A stretch of 63,996 bases of DNA, counting the filler, from a bacterium (GTDB taxonomy: Bacteria > JAMORN01): the NCBI GenBank assembly GCA_027063545.1. It is 16 parts of 16 records of this genome, joined end to end, with 100 filler letters (N's around TTAATTAATTAA, not from the genome) between each part and the next. Parts side by side here need not be neighbours in the genome. Positions count along the whole stretch, not along the records: positions 28,861 to 32,836 come from JAMORN010000243.1; positions 32,937 to 36,844 come from JAMORN010000244.1; positions 36,945 to 40,850 come from JAMORN010000245.1; 13 more parts are not named here. One strand, 5' to 3'. Position 1 is the stretch's first letter; each line of letters opens with the position of its first letter. Of this stretch, positions 30,229 through 40,950 are shown piece by piece. The notes below the pieces were generated by a model, which had not been told where the DNA came from, ran no database searches, and worked only from the letters and a program-made list of their open reading frames with translations. Both the position numbers and the translations under genes were made by a program.

Positions 30229-31422
30229 ATGGAATATATTATTATTGATCCAATAGATCATATCAGATCTTTATCAATAGGATTAGTTATAAATTTTGGG
30301 GCTAGCCTCGAAAGTAAAGGTAAAGAGGGGTTAGCCCATTTTCTAGAACACTTAATTTTCAGAATAAAAGATAAAGAAGGGAATTATATTTCCAGAATTG
30401 TAGAGGAAAATGGGGGTATATTTAATGGATATACAACTTATGAGTATATTTTAATTTATGCGAGAATACCCTATTATTCATTTTATAAGGTTATAGAGGC
30501 TTTTAAATTTATGATAGATAAATTTGATATTACTATAGATGAATTAGAGACAGAAAAAGGAGTTGTTATAGAAGAGATAAGATCTTCTTTAGATGATCCG
30601 GAAGAGGTTATTTTTGAAAGATATAATAGATTAAGATATGAAGGTACAGGATTTTCCCATTCTATATTGGGAAATGAAGATACTATTAAAAATATTACAT
30701 TAGAATCTATATTAAAGGATAGAAATTTGATTTTTAAAAAATATCCTAGATTCATTTCAATTTCGGGGTATTTCAAGGAAAATTTTTTATCTTATTTATC
30801 GCCTTTAGTGAATGAGATAGAATATCAGTATAATAAAGTAGATGTAAAAAAGTTAAGAAGTTTTAAAAAAATAGATAATAGTGACAAATTTAATCAAAGT
30901 CATTTTGTACTAGGGTTTGATTTTAATTATAATGATATAATGAAGGATCATTATAGTGTTTTATTTTTTAATGCTATTATGTTAGATACTTTATCCTCAA
31001 GATTATTTAAAAAATTAAGGGATGATAAAGGATTGGTATATGTAATATATCCTTCAATAGAGTTTTATAAAGAATTTGGAAGTTATAGTATTTACTTTTC
31101 AACATCTAAGGAAAAATATAAGGAAGTATTAGATATAATAGAGAGGGAAATATATGATATTATTAAAAAAGGTTTTTCTAAATCAGAGATAAATTTTGCT
31201 AAGAATTATCTAAAGGGTCAGATAATAATGAGTGATGAAAGTCCAAGTAGGAGAATGATAAATATTTTTAAACATCAATTATTTTATAATAAAATTTTAT
31301 CTATAGATGAAAGAATAAATTTTATAGAAAATTTTGATATAGATTATCTAAATTACTTTATCCAAACAACATTTAAAGACTTTTCATTATATGGGTTAAT
31401 AGGAGAAGCAAAAAATGGATAA
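30229..31422 (+). CDS. M16B zinc peptidase (pitrilysin family)
   Basis: Inverted zinc motif HFLEH, NGYT, EKGVVIEE, SSRLFKKLR..KGLVY. Classic pnp-M16-dut order. Confidence 0.9.
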   Translation: MEYIIIDPIDHIRSLSIGLVINFGASLESKGKEGLAHFLEHLIFRIKDKEGNYISRIVEENGGIFNGYTTYEYILIYARIPYYSFYKVIEAFKFMIDKFDITIDELETEKGVVIEEIRSSLDDPEEVIFERYNRLRYEGTGFSHSILGNEDTIKNITLESILKDRNLIFKKYPRFISISGYFKENFLSYLSPLVNEIEYQYNKVDVKKLRSFKKIDNSDKFNQSHFVLGFDFNYNDIMKDHYSVLFFNAIMLDTLSSRLFKKLRDDKGLVYVIYPSIEFYKEFGSYSIYFSTSKEKYKEVLDIIEREIYDIIKKGFSKSEINFAKNYLKGQIIMSDESPSRRMINIFKHQLFYNKILSIDERINFIENFDIDYLNYFIQTTFKDFSLYGLIGEAKNG

Positions 31423-31864
31423 GGTTAAGGTAAAAATAAAGTTTCAACCAAAGAATAAAAATATAAAAATACCTGAATATAAAACAATAAATTCAGCAGG
31501 AGCAGATATATATGCAGATTTAATGGAGCCTGTAGTAATTCATCCTAAATCAATAGAACTTATTCCAACCGGTATATATGTTGAAATACCTGAAGGTTAT
31601 GAAATTCAAATAAGACCTAGGTCTGGATTGGCATTAAAGCATGGGATAATACTGCCTAATTCTCCCGGGACAATAGATAGTGATTATAGAGGGGAGATAA
31701 AAATTATATTAATGAATCTATCAGATGAGGATTTTGTTATTAATCCTGGAGATAGAATTGCCCAAATGGTACTCTCTAAAGTATATAAAATAGAATGGGA
31801 ATTGTCTGATAACCTTACAGATACCCAAAGAGGCGATGGTGGATTTGGTCATACAGGAATATAA
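31415..31864 (+). CDS. dut: dUTP pyrophosphatase
   Basis: SAGAD, RPRSGLA, PGTIDSDYRGE, GDRIAQ, RGDGGFGHTG. Confidence 0.97.
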   Translation: MDKVKVKIKFQPKNKNIKIPEYKTINSAGADIYADLMEPVVIHPKSIELIPTGIYVEIPEGYEIQIRPRSGLALKHGIILPNSPGTIDSDYRGEIKIILMNLSDEDFVINPGDRIAQMVLSKVYKIEWELSDNLTDTQRGDGGFGHTGI

Positions 31865-31871
31865 AAATCCA

Positions 31872-31900
31872 TTGACAAAGAAAATATAGCTATCTATTTT
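31872..31900 (+). promoter_or_regulatory. Sigma-70-type promoter TTGACA-N17-TATTTT
   Basis: Perfect -35 and 17-nt spacer, 29 nt upstream of the ATG at 31930. Confidence 0.65.
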
Positions 31901-31929
31901 ATAAAAAAAACTATTAACAAGGGGTTGCT

Positions 31930-32836
31930 ATGAAAAAAACTTTGTATTTTATTATAACTTATATTATTATATTTAATATTTCAATAAAAAATTTAGTATA
32001 TACTCAAGAGATCCCAGCTAAAAATTTTACAGCAACTAATATAAAAGATGAAGGTATTAAGGAGGAAGGGAAATATCAAAAGAAAGCGGTATCATACCTA
32101 GATGCTGTTTTGGTTTTAAGGGGTAGGTATAATGTAAATATAAACAAGGCGTATCCAATAATAATAAAACTTATTCATAATAATTTACATATGGGACGTT
32201 TTGATTATGTCCCTTTACCAGAAAACTTAGTGAGAGATTTTATTATACAGGCGAATTCTATGGAAGGTAGACTTACACCAGAGAGTTTGGTAGATTTAAT
32301 AGAGACGGTGTTATTACCAAAGATAAAAGAAGTATTAGAACAAACTGCTGATATAAGAGCAAAAAATAATATTCCAGAAGCTCAATTACAAACAATGATA
32401 GCTGTAAAAGCAAAAGAATTAGGATTAACAGAAAAACAACTTATAGATTTAATGAATTCTGCTTATATTTATATCCCAACATTAACAGAATTATATAGGG
32501 TAGTTGATAGAAAAAATAAAACAATTACTTATTATGCTAATTTAGGAGTAATTTGGTATAGGGTTAAAGCAGCTGATGGTAAAGTAGAATTAGTGAAAAA
32601 GATATTTCCTACCCATACTTTTGCAATAGCTAATTTAAATAAGATTTATCCAGGTTATGGAGGACCTGATAGTTATGCTTTATATAGTGCTTTAAGTGCA
32701 GCTGTAAAAAATTTAGTAGTGAAGACAAAAGATATGTATGATTTTAGATTATCTGGACAGATTATAGAAAGAGATGGAACTAATGTTAAATTTGATTTAG
32801 GCAAGAAAGAGGGTATAGAATTAGATGATAAATTTG
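31930..32836 (+). CDS. Exported protein of unknown function, 3'-truncated
   Basis: Signal peptide; C-terminal V.FDLGKKEGIELDDKF resembles the FlgT-C-like small barrel. Confidence 0.5.
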
Positions 32837-32936
32837 NNNNNNNNNNNNNNNNNNNNNNNNNNNNNNNNNNNNNNNNNNNNTTAATTAATTAANNNNNNNN
32901 NNNNNNNNNNNNNNNNNNNNNNNNNNNNNNNNNNNN

Positions 32937-34224
32937 TTACAATTAAAATCTTCTCTTTTTTTGGAGAGTTTTTATATTTCTCAATAAACTCCTCTTTTTT
33001 ATCCTTAGGAATCTTTAAAAAATAAATCTTATCGGTTGGGGGTGTTGAATTAACAAGAAGTTCTGGATTGTAATCCCTCATTTCTTTATATGAAAGACCT
33101 ATTAATCTTCCTAAATATGAAACTAAAAGCCCGCCTTCAACCTCAACTGTAGTATAATCAATAGGATTTTGATATGAAATACTATCAAGTCCCAACACCT
33201 CTTTATTATGATCAATTAAAATCACAGCAACAAAACTAGAAACATATAATCTTGTTTCTTTTGGAAGAAAATAGTAAAGCTCCCAGATATTATTTGTTTT
33301 ATACTTATTAATAAGCCTTCTAACTCCATAATAACCCCAATTGTAAGCTGCTAAAACTAAAAACCAATCACCTAGTTTTGAATACAAATATGAAAGATGT
33401 TTGGCTGCTGCTATTGTTGATTTTACATAATCCCTTCTTTCATCTACCCAATAATTTATTAAAAGACCATTTAACCTAGCAGTTTTGGGCATAAACTGCC
33501 AAAGCCCAACAGCTCCTTTAGTACTTCTTGCAAATGGAGAATAACCTGATTCTATCATTGGAAGATAAACAAACTCCTCTGGAATATTATACTCCAGTAA
33601 TATTGCTCTAATTATTTTTTCATATTTAGGTTTTCTTGAAATCCATTTCCTAATAACCCTTTTGCCTTTTGTATCAAAAAAATATATCATATTAAGAACC
33701 TGATAGTTTAAAGGTAGTGGAATATCACCTTTATAAGGCTTTAGAAGAGTTTTATATCTATTTACTAAGGAACTATCTGAATCGTATATAAGGTTATAAA
33801 AATTAGAAAAATAAAGGTTATCATCAATTGTATCAATCCTAGTTATTGCATAGTTATACTCTTTTATTACATTGGAATAGAGGCTTTTAAACATTTGATA
33901 ATCAAAGTATAATGTATCCTCAACCTGAAGTATCTCAAAATACTTATCAAAAAAACTCTGAGATGTTTCAATTGCCTTGTTATATAATCCAATTTTGTTA
34001 AAATACCTAATATTTTTATATATTTCATTAAGATAAAAATAACCATCATAAGGGGATTTTATAAATTCAAAAACTGCTGTATCAAGAAGAATAGAGTTTT
34101 TTAAATAGAAACCACTTATCTGGGTTGTATCGAGCCTTTGAGTATAATCATTATCTTTTATAACCTTTTTAGAACATCCCAAAATAAAGATTAGTATTAT
34201 AAAAAAAGATATAAATACCCTCAT
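32937..34224 (-). CDS. Lytic transglycosylase lipoprotein (MltD-like), 3'-truncated
   Basis: Lipobox ILGC, YLPMIESG, GAVGLWQFM, AAYNWG, LPKETRLYV. Confidence 0.9.
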
Positions 34225-35090
34225 TTATCTTTATAATAAACCACATTAGAAAATTTTTCAACCTTTAAATCCTCAGCCACTACATCACACTTTACCTTTA
34301 AAAAAAATAAAATATTTCCCCTATTCACATCACTTAAACCCTCATAATTGCCCTGTCCTTTTAATATAATAAGATCACTAACATAAAACTCTTTAATAAA
34401 CTCTTCTGAACTTGTCTTTAAAACCACACCCGGAGCATTATCACCAGTTGTTATTATCTTATTTACCACCTTATCTATTCCAATCTCTTTAACCTCTTTT
34501 AAAGTTACATCATTTATAATGTTCTCGCCCCTTACAACGAATATAACCTTTTCCTTGGGTAAAAACCTCTTTATAAAAAAATAATCTAAAATAACTTCTC
34601 CACAATTATCTGCCAAATAAAGAATATTTTCTGCATTGTATATTTTTTCTTTTAAACTACTATAATCAATACCTATAAATGTTATATCCTCTTCAACTAT
34701 TTTTTTTAGATTCTTTTCCACCTCTTTATGATCTATATTTAAGCTGGAAATACCAAAATCTATATAATTTCCTTCTATAATCAACTTCAACATTGACAAA
34801 AAACTATCGTTAGATGAGGATAAAATATGATCTATATCCTCTTCTATGGATAAAATTAAATTATTATAAAATTCCTTTTCCTCTTTATATATATCAAAAC
34901 CTTTATATTCCTCTATTAATTTATGAATATATCTTCCCATATGGGGAGGCGGCATTCTATAATCATAGTTGTTTAATATAGAAATTATTCTTTGAATATA
35001 CTCATATCCTTCTTGTTCATCTAAAAACCTTTTTGCCAATTTAACTGCTTGAGTTATAAAACAATTGTAACAATCTAGATATGTTTTCAT
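34221..35090 (-). CDS. Damage-control phosphatase ARMT1 / DUF89 family
   Basis: DCYNC N-terminus, GNYIDFG, LADNCGE..LD, IINDVT, KGQGNYE.L, LKVKC. Confidence 0.92.
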   Translation of the reverse strand: MKTYLDCYNCFITQAVKLAKRFLDEQEGYEYIQRIISILNNYDYRMPPPHMGRYIHKLIEEYKGFDIYKEEKEFYNNLILSIEEDIDHILSSSNDSFLSMLKLIIEGNYIDFGISSLNIDHKEVEKNLKKIVEEDITFIGIDYSSLKEKIYNAENILYLADNCGEVILDYFFIKRFLPKEKVIFVVRGENIINDVTLKEVKEIGIDKVVNKIITTGDNAPGVVLKTSSEEFIKEFYVSDLIILKGQGNYEGLSDVNRGNILFFLKVKCDVVAEDLKVEKFSNVVYYKDK

Positions 35091-35203
35091 AAAATTTTTC
35101 CTTTTTATTAAATTTTTTTTTTATTATTTTTATTTTCAAGTTATTAGTTTTCTATTAATTATTGATTATATATAAATTTTAATTTAATAAATATAAAATT
35201 GTT

Positions 35204-36844
35204 ATGGAAAAAAAGAAAATTTTAATAGTTGGACTTAACAAAATTACCAACAATATCTTCAATAAATTATCAAAATATAAAGAATTTGATGTATATATAC
35301 TAGATAGAAAAAGGGTTGAAGATCTTCCTTATGAGAAACTTTTTGTGGGAAATATTACTCTTGAAGAAACATATAAAAATATTGATATAAACTCTTTCAA
35401 TATAGCTGTTGTTGCAACAGAAAACGAAGATATTAATCTATTTATCTCATTGATAATTGCCAGTTTAAATAGAAATATAAAAGTTATAACAACTATAAAT
35501 GAAGAAAAAATTGCTAAAGAGTTATATTTGATTTTCCCGAATATTTTAGTAATCTCTCCTAAAAAGACTATTAGTCCATTATTTTTTGCTTTAACCATAG
35601 ACAAAGATAGTGTTGGATTTTATACCTACAAAAATGAATTTTATATTGTGAAGAAAAAAGAAGCTACGCATGTCTATTACATAAATAATCTTGTTCCTGA
35701 ACAGAAAATTAAAGAAAATAGATTTGTTTTATTTAAAAAGAAATTATTTGGTATAATTCAATCTGTTATTACAGAGGAAAAAATAGCTGTTTATGCGTTT
35801 TTTACGTTAATATTTTATATATTTGGCATATCCTTTTTCTTTTTTGCCAATAAAATAACTTCTTCTTTACTTGATGCCGTATATCTATCAACAGCTATAG
35901 TAACCACTATTGGATTTGGGGATTTAAATCTATTAAATACTGCTGGAATGGTGAGAATTATAGGTATAATTTTTATGTTTATAGGTACTATATTTATGGG
36001 AATCTTTAATGCTACTATAGTAAATTTATTTATTACTCAAAGAATAAAAAATATTCAGGGAATATTTGACCTACCTAAAAAAGACCATATAGTTATAATA
36101 GGGCTTGGAGTTATTGGAAGAGAAGTTTTAAATCTTATAAAAAAATTTATTCCTAACAATAAGGTTATAGCTATTGATCCCCATGTTCAAGAGGCTTTAT
36201 CAAGGGAATTAGAAACACCAATAATTATTGCTTCAGGTGAGGATGAGGAAGTACTAAAAAAAGTTAATATTACAGAGGCTAGATCAATTTTAATTGTAAC
36301 AAATAATGATGTGGTAAACCTACATATTTTACTTCTTCTTATATCAATGGGAATTACTAATACAAAAATAATATATAGAATAAATGAACTCTTGATAAAA
36401 AAATACGCTTTAAAAAACATAAAAGGACATTTTGTTGATGTGAATCTTCTTATGGAATATTTAATTATAATTAATATTATAAATTTATCTAGACAAAATA
36501 GAATTATAGGACTTTTATATGAGGAGAGCAATATTAATTTTATTGTAAATATAAATGTTATTGATTTTCCATTTTTAAGAGAAAAAACGTTTATTGAAAT
36601 AGAAAAGGATTATGATATAAAACTTATTCCCCAAGAACATCAACTCATTCAACCTTATGATCTATTTGGAAATTATATGAGTTTAGTTTTTAGAGGCTCT
36701 TTAGAAAGTATAGTGTCCTTATCAAAGAAAAAATTAACAAAACTTTCTTATAAATTACATATTAAATCTATAGAAGGTATGACAAAAAATAAAGATGCTA
36801 TTGACATATTAGAGAAAAAATTTGAAATTGAGATTAAAGAAAAT
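35204..36844 (+). CDS. RCK-regulated potassium channel (RCK_N - 2TM pore - RCK_N), 3'-truncated
   Basis: N-terminal ILIVGL Rossmann fold, pore TTIGFGD, then HIVIIGLGVIG second RCK domain. Confidence 0.85.
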
Positions 36845-36944
36845 NNNNNNNNNNNNNNNNNNNNNNNNNNNNNNNNNNNNNNNNNNNNTTAATTAATTAA
36901 NNNNNNNNNNNNNNNNNNNNNNNNNNNNNNNNNNNNNNNNNNNN

Positions 36945-37277
36945 AGTAAAAATAACAAGAGGATATATTATCCAAAATTTATCTTTTTTGTAATAAAAAT
37001 ATCCTCCTATTATATAATTTATACCATAAAATATAGAGATCAAAACTTCAACATTACCTGTTAACACAAATCTAAATATATTAAATGCTATAAAAAATAA
37101 TGCTAACATACTATATATTAATACATTATAACCTGAAAATAGTAAAAAAAATACTACAGGCATTAATATATCTTCATATAAAAGAGCTAAACTATCAATC
37201 CTATAGTAAATAGATAATAAATATATTATAGTAAATCCAATTAAACTATAATTAAAAATATCTAACTTTCCACGCAT
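36945..37277 (-). CDS. Membrane protein, probably YybS/DUF2232-like, 3'-truncated
   Basis: Highly hydrophobic; overlaps the end of the S6-S18 gene, the position DUF2232 usually occupies between rpsR and rplI. Confidence 0.5.
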
Positions 37278-37774
37278 TGTGCAGAGAAAGGTAAAAATCC
37301 AACAATTCTAGCTATTTTTATTTCCTTAGCTATTCTTTTTTGGTATTTTTGAGATAATCCAGTATTTTTTCTTGGTAAAATTTTTTGATATTCTGATAAA
37401 AATCTCTTTAAAATATCAATTTTTTTATAATCTACATCAACTTTTTTACCATCAATTGTCAAAATAACCGGTTTTCTTAAATCTAAATTTCTAATAAAAT
37501 ATCTTAATAAAGCTTCATTATGATATAACTTCTTCTCTAACTCTTCTTTTACCCAAGAAGCTGGAGCTTTGAAATAATAAACTACATAATAACCAAATCT
37601 TTTCTTTTTAATTGGATAAGCGAACTCTCTTTTTCCTAATTCTTCCTTTTTAAAATCTTCAACATTTTCTTTTAAATAAGATTCTAACTTTTCAACCTCT
37701 GTTGCCAAATCTGAATCAGCATAGTTGAGATCAAAAACTACTAATAATTCATAATTTCTCTTTCTTTCTGCCAT
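37262..37774 (-). CDS. rpsF-rpsR: Fused 30S ribosomal protein bS6-bS18 (rpsF::rpsR)
   Basis: aa 1-98 are S6 (RNYELLVVF, LGKREFAYPIKK...GYY...F.AP, LLRY). aa ~99-170 are S18 (VDYKKIDILKRFLSE..KILPRKNTG.SQKYQKRIAKEIK.AR..GFLPF). No stop or ATG lies between them. SD AAAGGAGG. Confidence 0.92.
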   Translation of the reverse strand: MAERKRNYELLVVFDLNYADSDLATEVEKLESYLKENVEDFKKEELGKREFAYPIKKKRFGYYVVYYFKAPASWVKEELEKKLYHNEALLRYFIRNLDLRKPVILTIDGKKVDVDYKKIDILKRFLSEYQKILPRKNTGLSQKYQKRIAKEIKIARIVGFLPFSAQCVES

Positions 37775-37780
37775 CTTATA

Positions 37781-37826
37781 CCTCCTTTGGCCTTACGCTG
37801 TCCCTTCTAAAGGGACAGAGAAGGTT
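37781..37826 (-). ncRNA. S6:S18 (rpsF leader)-type cis-regulatory RNA
   Basis: Transcript reads CCTT-CT-CTGTCCCTT-TAG-AAGGGACAG-CGT-AAGG-CC-AAAGGAGG-TATAAG-ATG: a 9-bp hairpin, then CC next to the SD, with a 5' CCTTCT able to pair with the SD. Confidence 0.65.
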
Positions 37827-37901
37827 TATAATTGTTTAGTTTATATGTTGTTAGTTGTTTTAAGTTAAATATAAATTTTTTATACAAATTATTCTAAAAA
37901 A

Positions 37902-38990
37902 TTATACATTAAATCTTATAACTAAAATATCACCATCTTTTACAATATAATCTTTGCCTTCTAATCTGATAAGTCCTAATTCCTTAGCTTTAGCGTAACC
38001 TCCAACTTTTATAAAATCCTCATATGAAATAACTTCTGCTGCTATAAATCCTTTAGCCATATCTGAATGAATCTTTCCTGCTGCCTCAACTGCTGTAGAA
38101 CCTTTTTTTATGGTCCAAGCATGAATCTCTTTTTCTCCAACTGTAAAAAATGTTTCCAATCCTAATAAATCATAACTCTCACGAATCAATTGCTTTAATC
38201 CAGATTCCTTTATTCCTAATTCTTTTAAAAACTCTTCTTTTTCTTCTGGTGATAAGTCTCTTAATTCTAATTCTATCTTTGGACATATAGCTATTATTTT
38301 AGCCCCTTTCTTCTCAACATATTCTTTTAATTTAAGATAGTACTCACTACCTTCTGGATTTGCAATATCATCCTCACTTAAATTTGCAGCATAAATAACT
38401 GGCTTTAAAGATAAGAAATTATAATTCTTTATATTTTTTAAATCTTCTTCTGTTAATATAGATTTATCCTCTTCTTGACTTATAACTTTCTCTACCTTTA
38501 ATAAAGATTCATAAATTTTCATTGCTTCCTTATCTTTGGCTTTAGCTTTTTTCTCTAACTTAGATTTACTTCTTTCTATTATCTCAAGATCTGCTAAAGC
38601 AAGCTCTGTTTCTATTACCTCTACGTCTCTTATTGGATCTACACTACCATCTACATGAACAACATTAGGATCATCAAAACATCTTACAACATGAACTATA
38701 GCATCTACTTCCCTTATATTTGATAAAAATTGATTTCCTAAACCTTCACCCTTTGATGCCCCTTTTACAAGACCTGCTATATCAACAAACTCTATTATTG
38801 CAGGGACCTTTTTTTTAGTATGAACAATTTTATCTAATTCTTCAATTCTAGAATCCGGTACCTCTACAACACCAATATTAGGTTCAATAGTACAAAAAGG
38901 ATAATTACCCACATCTGCATTATAATTAGTCAAAGCACTAAATAGGGTTGATTTTCCTACATTTGGGAGTCCTACAATTCCCAACTTCAT
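37902..38990 (-). CDS. ychF: Redox-regulated ATPase YchF
   Basis: [54 protein letters not shown]. Confidence 0.98.
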   Translation of the reverse strand: MKLGIVGLPNVGKSTLFSALTNYNADVGNYPFCTIEPNIGVVEVPDSRIEELDKIVHTKKKVPAIIEFVDIAGLVKGASKGEGLGNQFLSNIREVDAIVHVVRCFDDPNVVHVDGSVDPIRDVEVIETELALADLEIIERSKSKLEKKAKAKDKEAMKIYESLLKVEKVISQEEDKSILTEEDLKNIKNYNFLSLKPVIYAANLSEDDIANPEGSEYYLKLKEYVEKKGAKIIAICPKIELELRDLSPEEKEEFLKELGIKESGLKQLIRESYDLLGLETFFTVGEKEIHAWTIKKGSTAVEAAGKIHSDMAKGFIAAEVISYEDFIKVGGYAKAKELGLIRLEGKDYIVKDGDILVIRFNV

Positions 38991-39010
38991 ATAACTCTCC
39001 TATTTTTATA

Positions 39011-39051
39011 AATAAAAAATTCCCGCCCATCAAACTTAAAGAGCGGGAATT
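39011..39051 (-). terminator. Intrinsic terminator after hppA
   Basis: Stem AATTCCCGC / GCGGGAATT followed by TTTTATTT on the minus strand. Confidence 0.75.
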
Positions 39052-39084
39052 AATATTATTAACACTATTACGATTAAACTTAAA

Positions 39085-40850
39085 CTATTTCTTTAAATTT
39101 ATAGTATCAATTTTCGCTTTTGTTAAAGAGTTGTTTTGCTGTATATTTTTTACACTTATTTCTTTCTTTGTTGTATCTTCTAAAGACTTAGTATTTATAT
39201 TAAAAGAAACTAACATAGGTGCTATTATAAGAGATATAACAGAAATTAACTTTATCAATATATTCAATGAAGGTCCTGATGTATCCTTAAAAGGATCACC
39301 TACTGTATCTCCTACTACAGCAGCCTTATGAGCTTCACTACCCTTTCCTCCAAAATGTCCTTCTTCAATAAACTTCTTAGCATTATCCCAAGCTCCTCCA
39401 GAATTAGCCTGAAATAAAGCTAATAATACTCCTGTTACTGTAGCTCCAGCTAGTAAACCACCTAACATTGCTGGTCCACCCAAAAATCCAACTAAAACCG
39501 GTGTAATAATAGCAATTAAAGCTGGAACCATCATCTTCTTAATTGCTGCATTTGTTGAAATTTCTACACATCTGGCATAATCAGCTTTCGCCTTTCCCTC
39601 CAGTAATCCCTCAATTTCTCTAAATTGTCTTCTAACCTCTTCTATCATATCTTGTGCTGCATCGCCAACAGCTTCCATCGCTAAAGAAGTAAATAAAAAT
39701 GGTAAAACACCTCCTAAAAATAGTCCTGCCATTACTAATGGATCTGCAACATTTATACTATCAAGTCCCACTGTTTTCATATATGATGTAAAAAAAGCTA
39801 AAGCAGTTAAAGCAGCAGAGCCTATAGCAAAACCTTTACCTATAGCTGCTGTTGTATTACCTACAGCATCTAACTTATCTGTTCTTTCTCTAACTTGAGA
39901 TTCCAATTCACTCATTTCAGCAATACCACCTGCATTATCTGCAATTGGACCATAAGCATCTACAGCCAATTGTATTCCTGTTGTAGCTAACATCCCTAAA
40001 GCAGCAATTGCTATACCATAAACACCTGCTAACATATAAGCTCCCACTATAGCAATAGCGATTACTATAACAGGATAAGTTGTTGAATACATACCCACAG
40101 CTAATCCTTTTATAATATTAGTAGCTGGTCCCATTTGAGAAGCCTCAGCAATCTCTTGAGCTGGCTTTTTATCTTTTGCTGTAAAATATTCAGTTAACAT
40201 TCCTATGGCTACACCTGATGCCAATCCCAAAACTGTTGCTCCAAAAATCTTATTTGCTATAACAACATCTGTAGAAAAATATCTTATTATAAAATAAGAA
40301 GCTATAGCTGTAACAAAAGCAGCTGTAAATGTTCCTTTATTTAAAGCAGCCTGTGGATTCCCATCTTCTGTTGTTCTAACTAAAAAAGTAGATAATATTG
40401 AAACAACAATACCTACCACAGCTATCCATAATGGTATAAGTAAATAATTTACATCTCCAAAAGCAGCTATTCCTAGAATCATAGAAGATAATATAGATCC
40501 CACATAAGATTCATATAAATCAGCTCCCATTCCCGCTACATCTCCAACATTATCCCCCACATTATCTGCTATTGTTGCAGGATTTCTAGGATCATCTTCT
40601 GGTATTCCTGCCTCAACCTTTCCTACTAAATCTGCACCAACATCCGCAGCTTTTGTATATATACCACCTCCTACTCTAGCGAATAATGCTATAGAAGATG
40701 CCCCTAAAGAAAAACCAGAAAGTATAGGCAATACAACTTCCTTCAATATTTTAGGGTCTGTTCCAAACATTTTTGTATATAGAATATAAAGAAGAGATAA
40801 TCCTAAAAGTCCCAACCCTACAACATTCATTCCCATAACAGAACCACCAC
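39085..40850 (-). CDS. hppA: Membrane-integral K+-stimulated (probably Na+-translocating) pyrophosphatase, 5'-truncated
   Basis: [55 protein letters not shown] (Ala variant), [14 protein letters not shown]. Confidence 0.96.
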
Positions 40851-40950
40851 NNNNNNNNNNNNNNNNNNNNNNNNNNNNNNNNNNNNNNNNNNNNTTAATT
40901 AATTAANNNNNNNNNNNNNNNNNNNNNNNNNNNNNNNNNNNNNNNNNNNN

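Noticed and set aside
37440-37500. S6-S18 fusion as a single-base sequencing error or stop-codon readthrough
   Set aside because: There is no in-frame stop, intergenic space, SD or ATG for a separate rpsR. Only a larger misassembly could mimic the fusion.
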